Program-made: the position numbers and the translations under genes
The notes under the pieces: model-generated
Seen by the model: only the letters and a program-made list of their open reading frames with translations
Told to the model about the DNA's origin: nothing
The model's database searches: none
Part shown: positions 38,077 to 48,325 of the stretch, in pieces
Numbering within the stretch: the stretch's first letter is position 1
How the letters are laid out: each line of letters opens with the position of its first letter
Origin: Candidatus Heimdallarchaeum aukensis
Lineage (GTDB): Archaea; Asgardarchaeota; Heimdallarchaeia; Heimdallarchaeales; Heimdallarchaeaceae
Length of the DNA: 64,000 nt
Direction: 5' to 3'
Assembly (NCBI GenBank): GCA_021513695.1
Contig: CP084166.1
Coordinates: 1,120,001-1,184,000, forward strand

Positions 38077-41004
38077 ATGTTGAAGAAGTTTAACAAAATT
38101 AAAAACTCCAAAAATCGTCCTGCATTTATAGCTGGATTTACTATATTATTTTGGTTAATTATTATTGCATCAAATATTAATCAAGTTTTACATCTTTCTC
38201 AACATTTAACCGATGAAGGCGATTTTTCTTCTTCAGCTAGTTCTGAATCAAGAATAGCTTCCAACATTATTGCAAAATATCAAGAAGATAATTCAACCTT
38301 TTTTCTTATCATTCGAAATAGAAATGGAAGTTCAATTTTAACAGAAGAAATGTACAAAAAAACTGCAGAAATAGAGAAAAATATAACAAGTAACAGGTTG
38401 ATTGGGCCTTATTTATCTTCATCAACACCTTATTCTTCTATTTTTGATACTACAGATAACTTACTGCGAAGTGTATTAAGTTTACAATGGTATTCTACCA
38501 AATTCATTATCTCTTCTTCTGCAATTATGTGGGGAGGAATAGAATATTTCTGTGATAATTGGCTAAAATACTACAATGATTCAGCAAACCTTACAAGTTC
38601 CGTAGAAAATGCAGACTATTTTACAAAACAGTTCTTAGAAGAATATATTTCAGATATTAACAGTTCAATTTTCTTGCCAATAATGAACTCTTTTATATCC
38701 AATTTCTCTGCTTTATTTCTTAAAAACTTGAAATTTGAGGAAAACATTCCGTCGAATGTATCAGAAGCGATATCTTTTTCTTCATCTTTAATTAGTAGTA
38801 ATAAAACATTTTTTTCTCAGATTGCAACTGATTCAAGGTTCTTGGACACTTTAGTTTTTCTTTCAAGTTCTTTTAATATTAATAGATGGAATGAATCTTA
38901 CTATTTGTACCTAAAAACTAGCGAATTCTTGTTTAATTCTACTAAAAAGCCAGATGTTGATTTTATTAATGAAGTATATTCTAATGGTTCTTTAACTGGT
39001 TTTGTTAACGCAAAAAACAAGTACTTGATTCCATTATTACGACTAGAAAAAACAATACCACCTATTTCTGAAGATATGATTATTTCTTTGCTAACCTTGT
39101 ATACTAACTATAATAAGACAAGAGAACCTGATACTATGATTATTTTGTTTAATACTGCTTTATCTTATAAAACAGTAAATGGTTACGATTTATATAAAGA
39201 AATTATTCGTATTCTTCCTCTATTACAAAAAGAAAATCCTTCTTTAGAAATTGAAGTTACAGGTTTTGATCTTTTCATTATTGAGTTAACTGAAGATTCA
39301 GAAAATCAAGCTAAAAAAATGGATATTATTGTTATTGTATTCTTGATTGTGATACTAGTTTTGGCATATCGTTCTCCTATCTTACCACTCATTCAGATTC
39401 TTGCTATTGGAATTGCCATGGTTGTTTCTCGCTCAATATTCATTTTAATAAGTAAAACTGTTTATCCTCTCTCTAGTACAAGTTTAATACTTATGAGCAT
39501 TAATTTATTAGGGGCCACAACAGATTACAGCGTTTTTCTTATTGGAGATTATTTGTTAATGTATGAAAAAATCAAAGATAAGAAAAAATCAATTAAAGAA
39601 ACTCTAGAGAGAACAGCGAAGAGTATAGTTATTTCTTCAATTTCTCTTGCTATCGGCTTTGGTTCATTAATTTTTTCTCGCATTCCATCAATTAGAGGAA
39701 TGGGAATAGGAGGAGCTATTGGCTTTCTTTCAGGAATGGTAGTTTCCTTGACAGTTGTTCCTTCTTGTTTATTTCTCATAAAACAGGAATTTCTAACTAA
39801 GTGGAAATTTAAGAAAAAAATTTTACCTAAGTTTGACTTATTCGGTAAATCTCAGAAACTTGTTCTAAAACACCCTACTCGAGTGTTCTTTGCTTTCACA
39901 ATTATTTCTGCTTTATGCTTTGGTTTATTTTTTATAACTCCATTAGATTATTCGCAATTGAGCACAGCTCCTGATAGATATATTTCAAAACAAGGGTTCA
40001 ATTTAATTTCAGAGCATTTAGGTGAAGATAAACTTAATCAAATTGTTATTTTATATAAAACACCTGAAAATGAGTCTTTCATGTTTAAGAACAATTCTCT
40101 TAATATTGATGCTATAAAAAAGGTAGAAAAAACAATAGCAGAACTGATGAAAAATACAAACTTTACATATATTTACGGAGTTAGTCACCCTTTAGGTAAA
40201 CCCTTTTCAGAAAGTTTAGAAAATACTTCTTATTTCCTTTACCAAGAAATTCTTTTATTAACTACTAAATTTATTCTACCTGATAGTCGCTATGCTTTAG
40301 TTACTTGTGGTTCTCCTTTCAAAGAAGAGGATATAAAGCTAGATCAACAAGTTTCTATAATTCGAGATACAATAAAAGAATTGATTGATACCCCACAATT
40401 CGAAGATTGGGAGATTTTAGTAACAGGATTTCCAGTTACTTTAGTAGATGGAAAAAGAATAATTCAAGAAGACTTTTTACTTATTTCCTTAATGATTCTA
40501 GTTAGCTCTTTCATCTTGTTAGTCTTCTTCATGAAAGATGTCTTTATGGCTTTTAGGATATTATTAACTATAGTCATTAGTCTTGGATTGAATCTTGGTT
40601 TATTTGCTATTTTTTCTCACATTTTCTTTGGAGGAAGTATATTATTTATGGTGCCTTTGTTCCTTTTTTCAGTTTTAATATCATTAGGGTTAGATTTTGA
40701 TATTCTATTTCTGGGTATATTTAATAGGCTACTTAAGAAGACCGGAGAATTAGAATCAAGTATTTTTAACTCTGTCAAACAAACGATGTCAAACATTTCT
40801 ATTGCTGGAATAATTATGATGGCAACTTACTTCTCGTTAATATTCACGAACTCAATCCAAATGATACAAATTGGTTTAGGATTAAGCATAGGCATTTTTA
40901 TTGATGTTTTTATTTCTCGATTATTTATTGTTCCCTCTGCGGTAATTCTGACTTCAAAGTTTGAACAAAAATTAAAGTTCTGGAGGAAAAAAGATGAAAA
41001 CTAA
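38077..41004 (+). CDS. MMPL/RND-superfamily membrane exporter
   Basis: 975 aa. Two blocks of about 6 TM each, separated by large extracytoplasmic domains (MMPL topology). Conserved ...LGATTDYSVFL... in TM region 1. Confidence 0.7.
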   Translation: MLKKFNKIKNSKNRPAFIAGFTILFWLIIIASNINQVLHLSQHLTDEGDFSSSASSESRIASNIIAKYQEDNSTFFLIIRNRNGSSILTEEMYKKTAEIEKNITSNRLIGPYLSSSTPYSSIFDTTDNLLRSVLSLQWYSTKFIISSSAIMWGGIEYFCDNWLKYYNDSANLTSSVENADYFTKQFLEEYISDINSSIFLPIMNSFISNFSALFLKNLKFEENIPSNVSEAISFSSSLISSNKTFFSQIATDSRFLDTLVFLSSSFNINRWNESYYLYLKTSEFLFNSTKKPDVDFINEVYSNGSLTGFVNAKNKYLIPLLRLEKTIPPISEDMIISLLTLYTNYNKTREPDTMIILFNTALSYKTVNGYDLYKEIIRILPLLQKENPSLEIEVTGFDLFIIELTEDSENQAKKMDIIVIVFLIVILVLAYRSPILPLIQILAIGIAMVVSRSIFILISKTVYPLSSTSLILMSINLLGATTDYSVFLIGDYLLMYEKIKDKKKSIKETLERTAKSIVISSISLAIGFGSLIFSRIPSIRGMGIGGAIGFLSGMVVSLTVVPSCLFLIKQEFLTKWKFKKKILPKFDLFGKSQKLVLKHPTRVFFAFTIISALCFGLFFITPLDYSQLSTAPDRYISKQGFNLISEHLGEDKLNQIVILYKTPENESFMFKNNSLNIDAIKKVEKTIAELMKNTNFTYIYGVSHPLGKPFSESLENTSYFLYQEILLLTTKFILPDSRYALVTCGSPFKEEDIKLDQQVSIIRDTIKELIDTPQFEDWEILVTGFPVTLVDGKRIIQEDFLLISLMILVSSFILLVFFMKDVFMAFRILLTIVISLGLNLGLFAIFSHIFFGGSILFMVPLFLFSVLISLGLDFDILFLGIFNRLLKKTGELESSIFNSVKQTMSNISIAGIIMMATYFSLIFTNSIQMIQIGLGLSIGIFIDVFISRLFIVPSAVILTSKFEQKLKFWRKKDEN

Positions 41005-42601
41005 GATTATTCACTTATTTCTGATACTTTTATTTGTAACAACTTGTATTCCTGTTATCACTAAAGCTTCTAGTGAAATTGATTTCAGAGAGTTAGAGTT
41101 TTCATCTAAAGGCTATGATATAACTTATGAAATTCTAGAAGGAAAGAATATAGGAACTTTGTTCAGTGATATTGGTTTCAACCTATCAGGCTCATTGTCT
41201 GGTTCAGAATTTCATGTTTTGCTTAAGAATCGAAGAAATGAGTTAAGAGACATTTATTCGATGGAATCTAATTCAGTTTTTCAACAAAACACTTCAATTT
41301 TTATTTTCGATAATTACATACAGTTAAAAAACAATTTAGAATTTAGTTCTGAATTATCAAAACTTCTCTCTCAGATAAAAATTGGAAAAAATTATCTAGA
41401 ACCGACAGAAGATAAAGAAATTTCCGCTATTCTTCCCTATAACTCTACAATCCCAATACCTAGAATTTTTACGCAAGTTACGTTTCCAAATTTCAATTCC
41501 ATAATCAGTAGTAATAACTTTTTTGACTTTCTTCCAATTATTTTAGGAAACGAATATGAAAGATATGAGGCAGAGTTTTCTTTTCTTCAACTAACTGGAA
41601 ATTTCACAGTAAATGTTTATAACAAATTACTAGACTATTTTACAGTCTCAATAAGAAAAAGTGATTCCAGTTTAATCATTAAAAGCTCTTGGAATAAAAA
41701 CAATGGTCTTCTCCAATCCCTGTCTATACAGTTCAAACATGGAGATATAACTAATCTTTTCAGTATAGAGTACAAAAATTTTAAAGAAATTCAAAGCCCT
41801 GAAGGTAGCGATATTATCTCTTTTTTTATTACGAATAGCACAGCCGATTTAGACTTTTATAATGGACCAAATACTAAGAGAAGCCAACTAGAAAACGCTA
41901 CAAGTTTAATTAATGAAATCAATAATACAGAAGCTTTTCAATATCTAATTCAAAATAATGGAGGATTATCACTTTCTTGGACTTGGCAGGTGTTAGATCC
42001 CTTAACAGAAGAATATGTTGAACCCTCAATACTTCAAGAGACAACATTTCTTTCTCAAATGCAACCTGTTATTATTCCAGATTGGGATATGAATAAAGGG
42101 ATTATTTTGTTTGTAGAAAGTATAGGTAAAAGTTTGTATGAACAAGTTCAAGATTTTAGAATCAAGATTGGTAACAGAACAGAATATTCATTATCAATAA
42201 ACAAATTTAATATTCAATTACAAGAGTTTGAGCAATTCTATTACTTATTAGTTGATTTTGACATAAGTTATCAGAGAAAGGAAATCAGCTTTTTAGCAAG
42301 TAGGGTTCAGATTCAAAAATGGAATTTATCATACTATTTCTGGTTAAGTTATTCTAAATTGGGGATATTAAGCGCCTTTTCTATATCTTGCCAAGAAATT
42401 AACCATTTTTATTTTGAACCTTTTGACATAGAAAGAGAAACACATTATAAGTGGAATTACAAAATAGAAAGTATACAAAAAGCTGACATTATTCCTACCT
42501 TTACTACAATTACAACGAAAACTCCAATCTCAAAAATTGTCTTTGTTACTTTATTTGTACTTACAGTTATTAGAAAAATAAAAAAGAAAGAGTTGAAGTA
42601 A
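40994..42601 (+). CDS. secreted/surface protein with signal peptide and C-terminal TM anchor + basic tail
   Basis: N-terminal signal (MKTKIIHLFLILLFVTTCIPV). C-terminus TTITTKTPISKIVFVTLFVLTVIRKIKKKELK. Overlaps the MMPL gene by 11 nt. Confidence 0.6.
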   Translation: MKTKIIHLFLILLFVTTCIPVITKASSEIDFRELEFSSKGYDITYEILEGKNIGTLFSDIGFNLSGSLSGSEFHVLLKNRRNELRDIYSMESNSVFQQNTSIFIFDNYIQLKNNLEFSSELSKLLSQIKIGKNYLEPTEDKEISAILPYNSTIPIPRIFTQVTFPNFNSIISSNNFFDFLPIILGNEYERYEAEFSFLQLTGNFTVNVYNKLLDYFTVSIRKSDSSLIIKSSWNKNNGLLQSLSIQFKHGDITNLFSIEYKNFKEIQSPEGSDIISFFITNSTADLDFYNGPNTKRSQLENATSLINEINNTEAFQYLIQNNGGLSLSWTWQVLDPLTEEYVEPSILQETTFLSQMQPVIIPDWDMNKGIILFVESIGKSLYEQVQDFRIKIGNRTEYSLSINKFNIQLQEFEQFYYLLVDFDISYQRKEISFLASRVQIQKWNLSYYFWLSYSKLGILSAFSISCQEINHFYFEPFDIERETHYKWNYKIESIQKADIIPTFTTITTKTPISKIVFVTLFVLTVIRKIKKKELK

Positions 42602-44359
42602 TTGCTGAAACATAAAAATAAGTTTATTTTGGATACAAACTTTATTATTAGTGCTTTTGAGAAAAACCCTTCCACAATTAACATTTTTATAAAGAAGATA
42701 AGAAGTCTCAATATTCAATTATTAATTACGAATCACATTATCAAAGAAGTTAGATGGTATTTACGTAGAAGAATAATAAATGAAATTACCATCAAAGAAG
42801 TCTCCACTAAAGAGATTAGGAAATTACTTTCTGAAATAGAAAAAAAGGGTATTTCACCACCACATTTTCCTGACTTATCAAACATAGTTTTAGCTAGAAA
42901 ATTGGAAGGTACAGTTGTAACAAGTGATCTTCAACTAGTAAAAACTTGCGAAGAATTGGGAGTACCAGTTCATATGTCATCTTCATTTGTGTTTTTTTTG
43001 AAAGAAAAGGTAAATAATTTTGAAGATAAGAAATTCTTCAACGAACTCTATGATATTATTCTTTCTGATGAGATTATGCACAGTGTGGAGCAGAGTGAGA
43101 CATATAATCCTGTCTATAGAATAAAAGAAATTCAATTACATGCGATTAAAGTTTTACAAAAACTACCTAAAATATCTCCTAATAAAACACAAGAAATGTT
43201 CTTTTTAAAAGAAGAGAATGAACTGTTGGACTTAATTAATGAAATTGAATTTGAGATGCCAAATTATATAACCCAAATTCAAGATGGTAAGGACTTAGAA
43301 ACTCTAGAGGTAGAACTGAAAGATATTTACAATCAAATTAATGACATTGTTTGGCAATTACAACTTCAGCTCAAAACGAGAAAGAGTCTTATTTTATCTG
43401 CATCTATAAGAATTAAAGCTAGAATACTTTTTGCTCTGAGTATTGTAGAATTTACTTTATTAAACTTTGAAAAATTAGAAAATACTTTGAATATTCTTTC
43501 AGAGATAGTATCCAGTTCACCAGACATGGTTTCAGATCTGTTTATGGATTTACAATTTCTCAGGATGGTTTTTCTTTTTGTCACCCAAAATTATAACAGA
43601 CTAACAGGATACTTTTCAGACAATTTTCTTTTATTGTGTGAAATTGAAAAAAGAAAAGATTTGACAAAGCTCACTAGAACAATAATTTTCGCTTGTACAA
43701 TTTTAGAAAGCAGGATAATAGATAAAAATGCTTCTTTAGAAGGTAAAAAAGAAATCTCTCTTTTATTCCAATTAGGCTATATTTTATTACAAAAAAGAAA
43801 TATTGAGAATGCTCTCCTTATCTTATTACAAACTCATTATTTAGCTCTACAAATTAAGGATGAAGAATTGATCCGAAATTCTCTAGAACTCATGATTGTT
43901 ATTCATTACATCTCCAATGAAAATATAAGTACTGAAATAGAACAAGGAATATTAGAATTAAAAAAAATTAATCCGTTTAATGTTCCTGTTTTTTCTATAA
44001 AAGAAGAATTAGATCTAAATATTTTTACTAATACAGAGTTTAAACAAATTGATGATTTTCCAAGCTTATTAAAAGAGTGGTTCTATATCTACGATTATTT
44101 GATAAAAGAAGAAGGACAAACAAAAACTGCAATATTTGTTATAAGTCCTTATTTTTCTCCTAAAACAGTTTTTATTACAACTCAACGTTTGCCAATGTAT
44201 GAACTTAGACCAGGAAGACAAATAAAAATAATAAAAGGAATGCTAAAAATTCGTAAATGCAGTTATAATTACGAGAAAAGAGAAGTTGATTTAGTTATTG
44301 AAATTAAAGAACCATTATTCTCTTTGAGAGATCCATGGGGAATGAAGATTATTAGGTAA
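42602..44359 (+). CDS. PIN-domain protein (N-terminal ~130 aa) with a long alpha-helical C-terminal region
   Basis: PIN acidic residues are in the right spacing (ILDTNFIIS ... EVRW ... VVTSDLQLV). Starts directly at the upstream stop. Confidence 0.5.
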   Translation: MLKHKNKFILDTNFIISAFEKNPSTINIFIKKIRSLNIQLLITNHIIKEVRWYLRRRIINEITIKEVSTKEIRKLLSEIEKKGISPPHFPDLSNIVLARKLEGTVVTSDLQLVKTCEELGVPVHMSSSFVFFLKEKVNNFEDKKFFNELYDIILSDEIMHSVEQSETYNPVYRIKEIQLHAIKVLQKLPKISPNKTQEMFFLKEENELLDLINEIEFEMPNYITQIQDGKDLETLEVELKDIYNQINDIVWQLQLQLKTRKSLILSASIRIKARILFALSIVEFTLLNFEKLENTLNILSEIVSSSPDMVSDLFMDLQFLRMVFLFVTQNYNRLTGYFSDNFLLLCEIEKRKDLTKLTRTIIFACTILESRIIDKNASLEGKKEISLLFQLGYILLQKRNIENALLILLQTHYLALQIKDEELIRNSLELMIVIHYISNENISTEIEQGILELKKINPFNVPVFSIKEELDLNIFTNTEFKQIDDFPSLLKEWFYIYDYLIKEEGQTKTAIFVISPYFSPKTVFITTQRLPMYELRPGRQIKIIKGMLKIRKCSYNYEKREVDLVIEIKEPLFSLRDPWGMKIIR

Positions 44360-45296
44360 GCTCTTCTTTCCACTCTTCTATAATGCCTATAATTTCTTCA
44401 ACGTCAATAGGTTTTCTTCTCATTTTTTCTATTAATTGACTCATTTTATGTCTCATAAAAGGTGATAGGGCGCCTGCTTCCATTAAAGCATCTCTTGCTT
44501 TATCAAAAGCTTTTATTATTTGTTCTTTATCTCTTGATACTGTTACGATAGTCTTAAGATTATCAAAAACTTTCTTGGGTTCAACACTCTCCCAATCTTC
44601 TTCAATCTTTGTCGCTTGAACTAATGAGGAAGTAACTAGAGCGTATCCTTCACCTATTTGTTTAATTAAACCCTTCTTTTCAAGGTTAAACATAAGCTGA
44701 TCTATTTTTCTTTTTTCTACTCCAAGTTCATTTGCCAGTGTTTCTGCGTTTTTTGGCAGATTTGAATTAGATAGAACTCCAAGAATTCTTTGAGATACAG
44801 TACCATTCTTCTTACAATATTGAACAAGAGAGGTTAAGGCATTAACAAATTTGTCATCAGTAGGTTTCGAATAGTAAGTTACTAATTCTTCTAGTAATCT
44901 GTCAATTTCTTCTGTCTCTATATGTACAGGAGTAAAACTTTCTTCTTCTTTTGGTTTAGTAAAAGTTTCTTTTTTCAATCTATCAATTTCTATTTCTAAA
45001 TCCCTTATTTTTAATTTAAGTTCATTTTCTCTTTCATTTCGAGCTTGAGCATCTTGTTCTTTCCAATATCGCTCTTCTTCCATTCTCTTGGAATATCTTT
45101 CTATTTCTTCATCTTTCTGCTGAATAACTTGTTTAAGTTTAGCTATCTCTGCATTTAAATTTTCTATCATATTTGATTGATGGGAGATGCGTTGTTGTAA
45201 TTGAGACATGTATTGTTCTTGAGCTTGCATTTGCAATTTCATGCGTCTAACATCATTATCACCTTCACCGTTTTCCCCATATGGAGTTCTTACCAC
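44352..45296 (-). CDS. coiled-coil protein with C-terminal TrmB/MarR-like winged-helix domain
   Basis: About 150 aa of heptad-rich N-terminus, then SQRILGVLSNSNLPKNAETLANELGVEKRKIDQLMFNLEKKGLIKQ. Confidence 0.5.
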   Translation of the reverse strand: MVRTPYGENGEGDNDVRRMKLQMQAQEQYMSQLQQRISHQSNMIENLNAEIAKLKQVIQQKDEEIERYSKRMEEERYWKEQDAQARNERENELKLKIRDLEIEIDRLKKETFTKPKEEESFTPVHIETEEIDRLLEELVTYYSKPTDDKFVNALTSLVQYCKKNGTVSQRILGVLSNSNLPKNAETLANELGVEKRKIDQLMFNLEKKGLIKQIGEGYALVTSSLVQATKIEEDWESVEPKKVFDNLKTIVTVSRDKEQIIKAFDKARDALMEAGALSPFMRHKMSQLIEKMRRKPIDVEEIIGIIEEWKEELT

Positions 45297-45364
45297 AAAA
45301 AGTCACCTCAATTATAAGCAATATTCTCTCTCACAATTAAAAAATTTTAGATTTGGAGAAAATA

Positions 45365-46009
45365 TTAACCCAATATTTCTAACAATATGATTTCAAATAT
45401 TTTCTTACATCTTGAAACATTTGAATAGGGCCATTTCTTGTCTTCAGTATTAAGAACATAGTCTGCTAAAGCCATTACTGAGCCTACCCCATAACCTAGT
45501 TCTTTTTTATTTCGTGCTAGAAAATTATCAAAATTCCTTAAATATTCATCTTCCTTCGCTTTAGAACTATTTTCTCCTTCTTTTCTATCAGGATTATCTA
45601 AACGTCCAAATCTGGTTCTCAAAGAAGCATGGAATGCAATAAGGAAGACATTTGTTTCTCCAAAATGTTTTTTCAAAACTTCAATTTCAGAAACTGCTCG
45701 GATCCCAGAGACAAAAACTGCTTTAATTTCTTCATCTAAATTGTCAATCTTCTCAATCAATCGTTCGGTAAAATAACTATCAGATATCTTCTTACAATCA
45801 TCTGTAACCTTCTTAATATTTTCTGGGATAAAATCATAACCTCGTTTTTTCACTTCTTCCAAGACTACTGTTCCAGTTTCAAACAGAGGAATATTGTACT
45901 TTTCTCCAAAAATTTTAGCATAAGTTGTTTTTCCTGCTAATGGAAGAGATGTGAGAACTATAACTTTCATACTCTCAATTTCATGTGGTATAAAATAAAT
46001 TTTTCTCAA
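45365..46009 (-). CDS. P-loop NTPase / nucleotide kinase-like protein (UPF0200 / dephospho-CoA-kinase-like)
   Basis: Walker A SLPLAGKTT at the N-terminus. About 214 aa. Confidence 0.5.
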   Translation of the reverse strand: MRKIYFIPHEIESMKVIVLTSLPLAGKTTYAKIFGEKYNIPLFETGTVVLEEVKKRGYDFIPENIKKVTDDCKKISDSYFTERLIEKIDNLDEEIKAVFVSGIRAVSEIEVLKKHFGETNVFLIAFHASLRTRFGRLDNPDRKEGENSSKAKEDEYLRNFDNFLARNKKELGYGVGSVMALADYVLNTEDKKWPYSNVSRCKKIFEIILLEILG

Positions 46010-46023
46010 TAAAAATAAAATAA

Positions 46024-46092
46024 ACGGTCAGAGAGCTCCAGTGGTTCATAGTAAGCCATAGCTTAACTCCCCCGGTCTATGAGGCTCTGACC
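46024..46092. other. long imperfect hairpin in a divergent intergenic region (possible small RNA or regulatory structure)
   Basis: GGTCAGAG(AG)CTC at 46026..46038 pairs with GAG(G)CTCTGACC at 46081..46092, enclosing ~42 nt. Local GC is higher than the surroundings. Confidence 0.3.
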
Positions 46093-46199
46093 TAAGTTAA
46101 CTTCTTCATTTTTATTTAAAAATTAAGTGATTAAATATAGAAAAAAATCACCTAATACTTTGTCAAAAAAGAAATAAATCTAAATCTTTTCATATCCTT

Positions 46200-46460
46200 A
46201 TGGAAAACCAAAAAGGCAAAATTCCTATATTTCAAGTTGATGCTTTCACTGATAAAGCCTTTCAAGGCAATCCTGCAGCTGTTTGTATCTTAGAAGAAAA
46301 ATACTCTTTTTCTGATTCTTTACTACAAAAAATAGCTCAAGAAATGAATCTTTCTGAAACAGCTTTTATTTACGTGAAAGATCTAGATCAAATTACTAAC
46401 CAAAGTGAGTTCAGGTTACGTTGGTTTACCCCAAATAAAGAAGTCAAAATGTGTGGACAT
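46200..46460 (+). pseudogene. phzF-family (phenazine-biosynthesis-like isomerase) gene, 5' part, interrupted by IS insertion after ...KMCGH
   Basis: IPIFQVDAFTDKAFQGNPAAVC...AFIY...RWFTP..EVKMCGH, then PhzF homology stops. It resumes at 48326 with (H)ATLASAAVLF. Confidence 0.75.
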
Positions 46461-48325
46461 GATTTACTTTTTTACGTAAAGTTTTTCACACTCTGTCTTG
46501 CAAGAGAGAAAACTAAAGGAAGTTTAATCTCTTGAACTCAACCAAGCCATACAATGCCATGAAGGGGTTGAGACAGACATCATACACGAATCGTGGGAAT
46601 CATAAAGAAGAATAGAAAGTTTTTCTTTCTTTTCTTCACTCCACGAGAGACAAAAAAGAAAGAAAGAAAGAAAGAATTACTCCTATAATAGAGAAGGAGT
46701 TACTTTCCTTTTTGTCTACTGGGACTGCAACCAATGGCTGAGCCCTCGGCAAACAGTGAAATGGGAAGAACTGAACCTTTGACCAGTGAGGTAATCAGTG
46801 ATAGTTGTTCCTCGAGGACGAAAAAGAGCACCAAGGAACTTACGAGCGATATTCATTGCCCCTGTGAGGTCAGAGTGGAAAGTGTAGTTACAGGAAGAAC
46901 AATGAACTAAACCTCTAACGGGACGGATAACTTTTCTCCCACAACGAGCACAGTAAGAAGATGTCCCTCTTTCTCCTATTGTTAATATTCGGTGAGGTTC
47001 AAAACCTCGAAGTATCAATGCTCGACGAAGAAGAGCAAGAACAAGAGAAAAGTTCCACTGATGAAGTTTCCTGCGAAACTTACGAGTACTTTTACCTTTT
47101 CCTTTCTCCTCGCGAACATGTTTAGGGTAACCTACAACGACGAAAAGGTCATACATTCGCGCATAGGTCTCTATCGTCTGCACAACCTCACTTATAAATT
47201 GGTGAATATATGCTCGTTTAACGTTTCTATATCTTCTTCGGAGGAGACTAAGAAAACGATAAACTTGATGTTTTTTACCCGACTGGTCATTTAAAGCTGC
47301 TTTCCTCTGAAGACGGGAAAGTTTGAGTTTATATCTATGATTGACTCTATTCCACTGTTTGGTATACCAAAATTTTATCTCTTTACTTGTTAATTTCTTT
47401 TTAGGGGTTAGTAACACTCCTGTAGCAGGAATGTTTATACCTAGATCTATTCCCAGCACAGCTGGGGGAAGAGAAGAAGAACTTTTTTCTTTAGTAGGAT
47501 AAAAAGAAGGAGGAGGAAGAACTCTTAGTTGGAAATACACCCACCATTCAAGTGTAGAACGTTTATATCTTAGTTCTAAACTTTTTATTCGTCCTTTCTT
47601 TAATTCCTTCTGGTGGAAAGTGCTCATCTCTAAAGGTAACCATAGTTTCTGATGATAAGGTGTGTTTCTTTTCCATGTATCTAACGAGTCTCTTATCCCC
47701 ACCCACCAACGAGTGAGAGTGTTATTCTTCTCTTTAGGTAGATGGACGAGAACGAACCTCTTTGCATTAATTAGTTGTCTTCTTGCTCTCTTTATGGGTG
47801 GACGAGTATTATTAGGTCTATACCCTTGTTCATATAACTGTACGGCTATATCTCTACACTCTTGAAATTCGTTGTGGGAACAATAAGGGAACATTTTCTT
47901 CAGATCGTGAGGGACATTCTTTCTTCTCTCTTCTTCTTTAACTTTGGAAGTAGTTAGCGTCAGTTCATCTAGTTTTCCTCTATGCACTCTTATTTTCCCT
48001 TTTTTAGTTTTAGTACATATTTTTCTTCTGTTATGATGTATAATTCTCACATATTTTTCTATTATCCTCGTATCTCTTCCCGTTATTCTCCTTAACCTTT
48101 CCTTCTTCCTCGTCGTCAATACCTCCTTCTTTATTCTCACTTTCAAGGTTTTGACGACGTCCTCCACCATCTTTCTCTTTTCTCCTTCTTTCCTCTTTTT
48201 TTGTTTCTTCTTCTCTTTTTTTTATTATACTTTTTTCCCTATAAAAACCCCTCTCCTTCCTCTCCTCTCTTCTCTTTTTTTTTTATTTTGCTGTCAACAA
48301 CTGTAAACTACGTAAAAAATAGACG
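46461..48325 (-). mobile_element. IS200/IS605-family (IS1341-like, solo tnpB) element inserted into phzF-like gene; no target duplication
   Basis: The original target reconstructs as GGACATG|CAACCC. The element is bounded by ATTTACTTTTTTACGTAAAG... at the left and ...AACTACGTAAAAAATAGACG at the right (short imperfect inverted ends around ACGT). Subterminal hairpins are at 46540..46568 (CTCAACC...GGTTGAG) and 46495..46506 (CTCTTGCAAGAG). Confidence 0.75.
46716..48170 (-). CDS. tnpB: TnpB (RNA-guided RuvC-like nuclease, IS605 OrfB family), second unrelated family with intact zinc finger
   Basis: RuvC-I LGIDLGINIPATG, zinc finger CARCGRKV...CSSCNYTFHSD, RuvC-III DLTGAMNIARK. 484 aa. Confidence 0.8.
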   Translation of the reverse strand: MVEDVVKTLKVRIKKEVLTTRKKERLRRITGRDTRIIEKYVRIIHHNRRKICTKTKKGKIRVHRGKLDELTLTTSKVKEEERRKNVPHDLKKMFPYCSHNEFQECRDIAVQLYEQGYRPNNTRPPIKRARRQLINAKRFVLVHLPKEKNNTLTRWWVGIRDSLDTWKRNTPYHQKLWLPLEMSTFHQKELKKGRIKSLELRYKRSTLEWWVYFQLRVLPPPSFYPTKEKSSSSLPPAVLGIDLGINIPATGVLLTPKKKLTSKEIKFWYTKQWNRVNHRYKLKLSRLQRKAALNDQSGKKHQVYRFLSLLRRRYRNVKRAYIHQFISEVVQTIETYARMYDLFVVVGYPKHVREEKGKGKSTRKFRRKLHQWNFSLVLALLRRALILRGFEPHRILTIGERGTSSYCARCGRKVIRPVRGLVHCSSCNYTFHSDLTGAMNIARKFLGALFRPRGTTITDYLTGQRFSSSHFTVCRGLSHWLQSQ

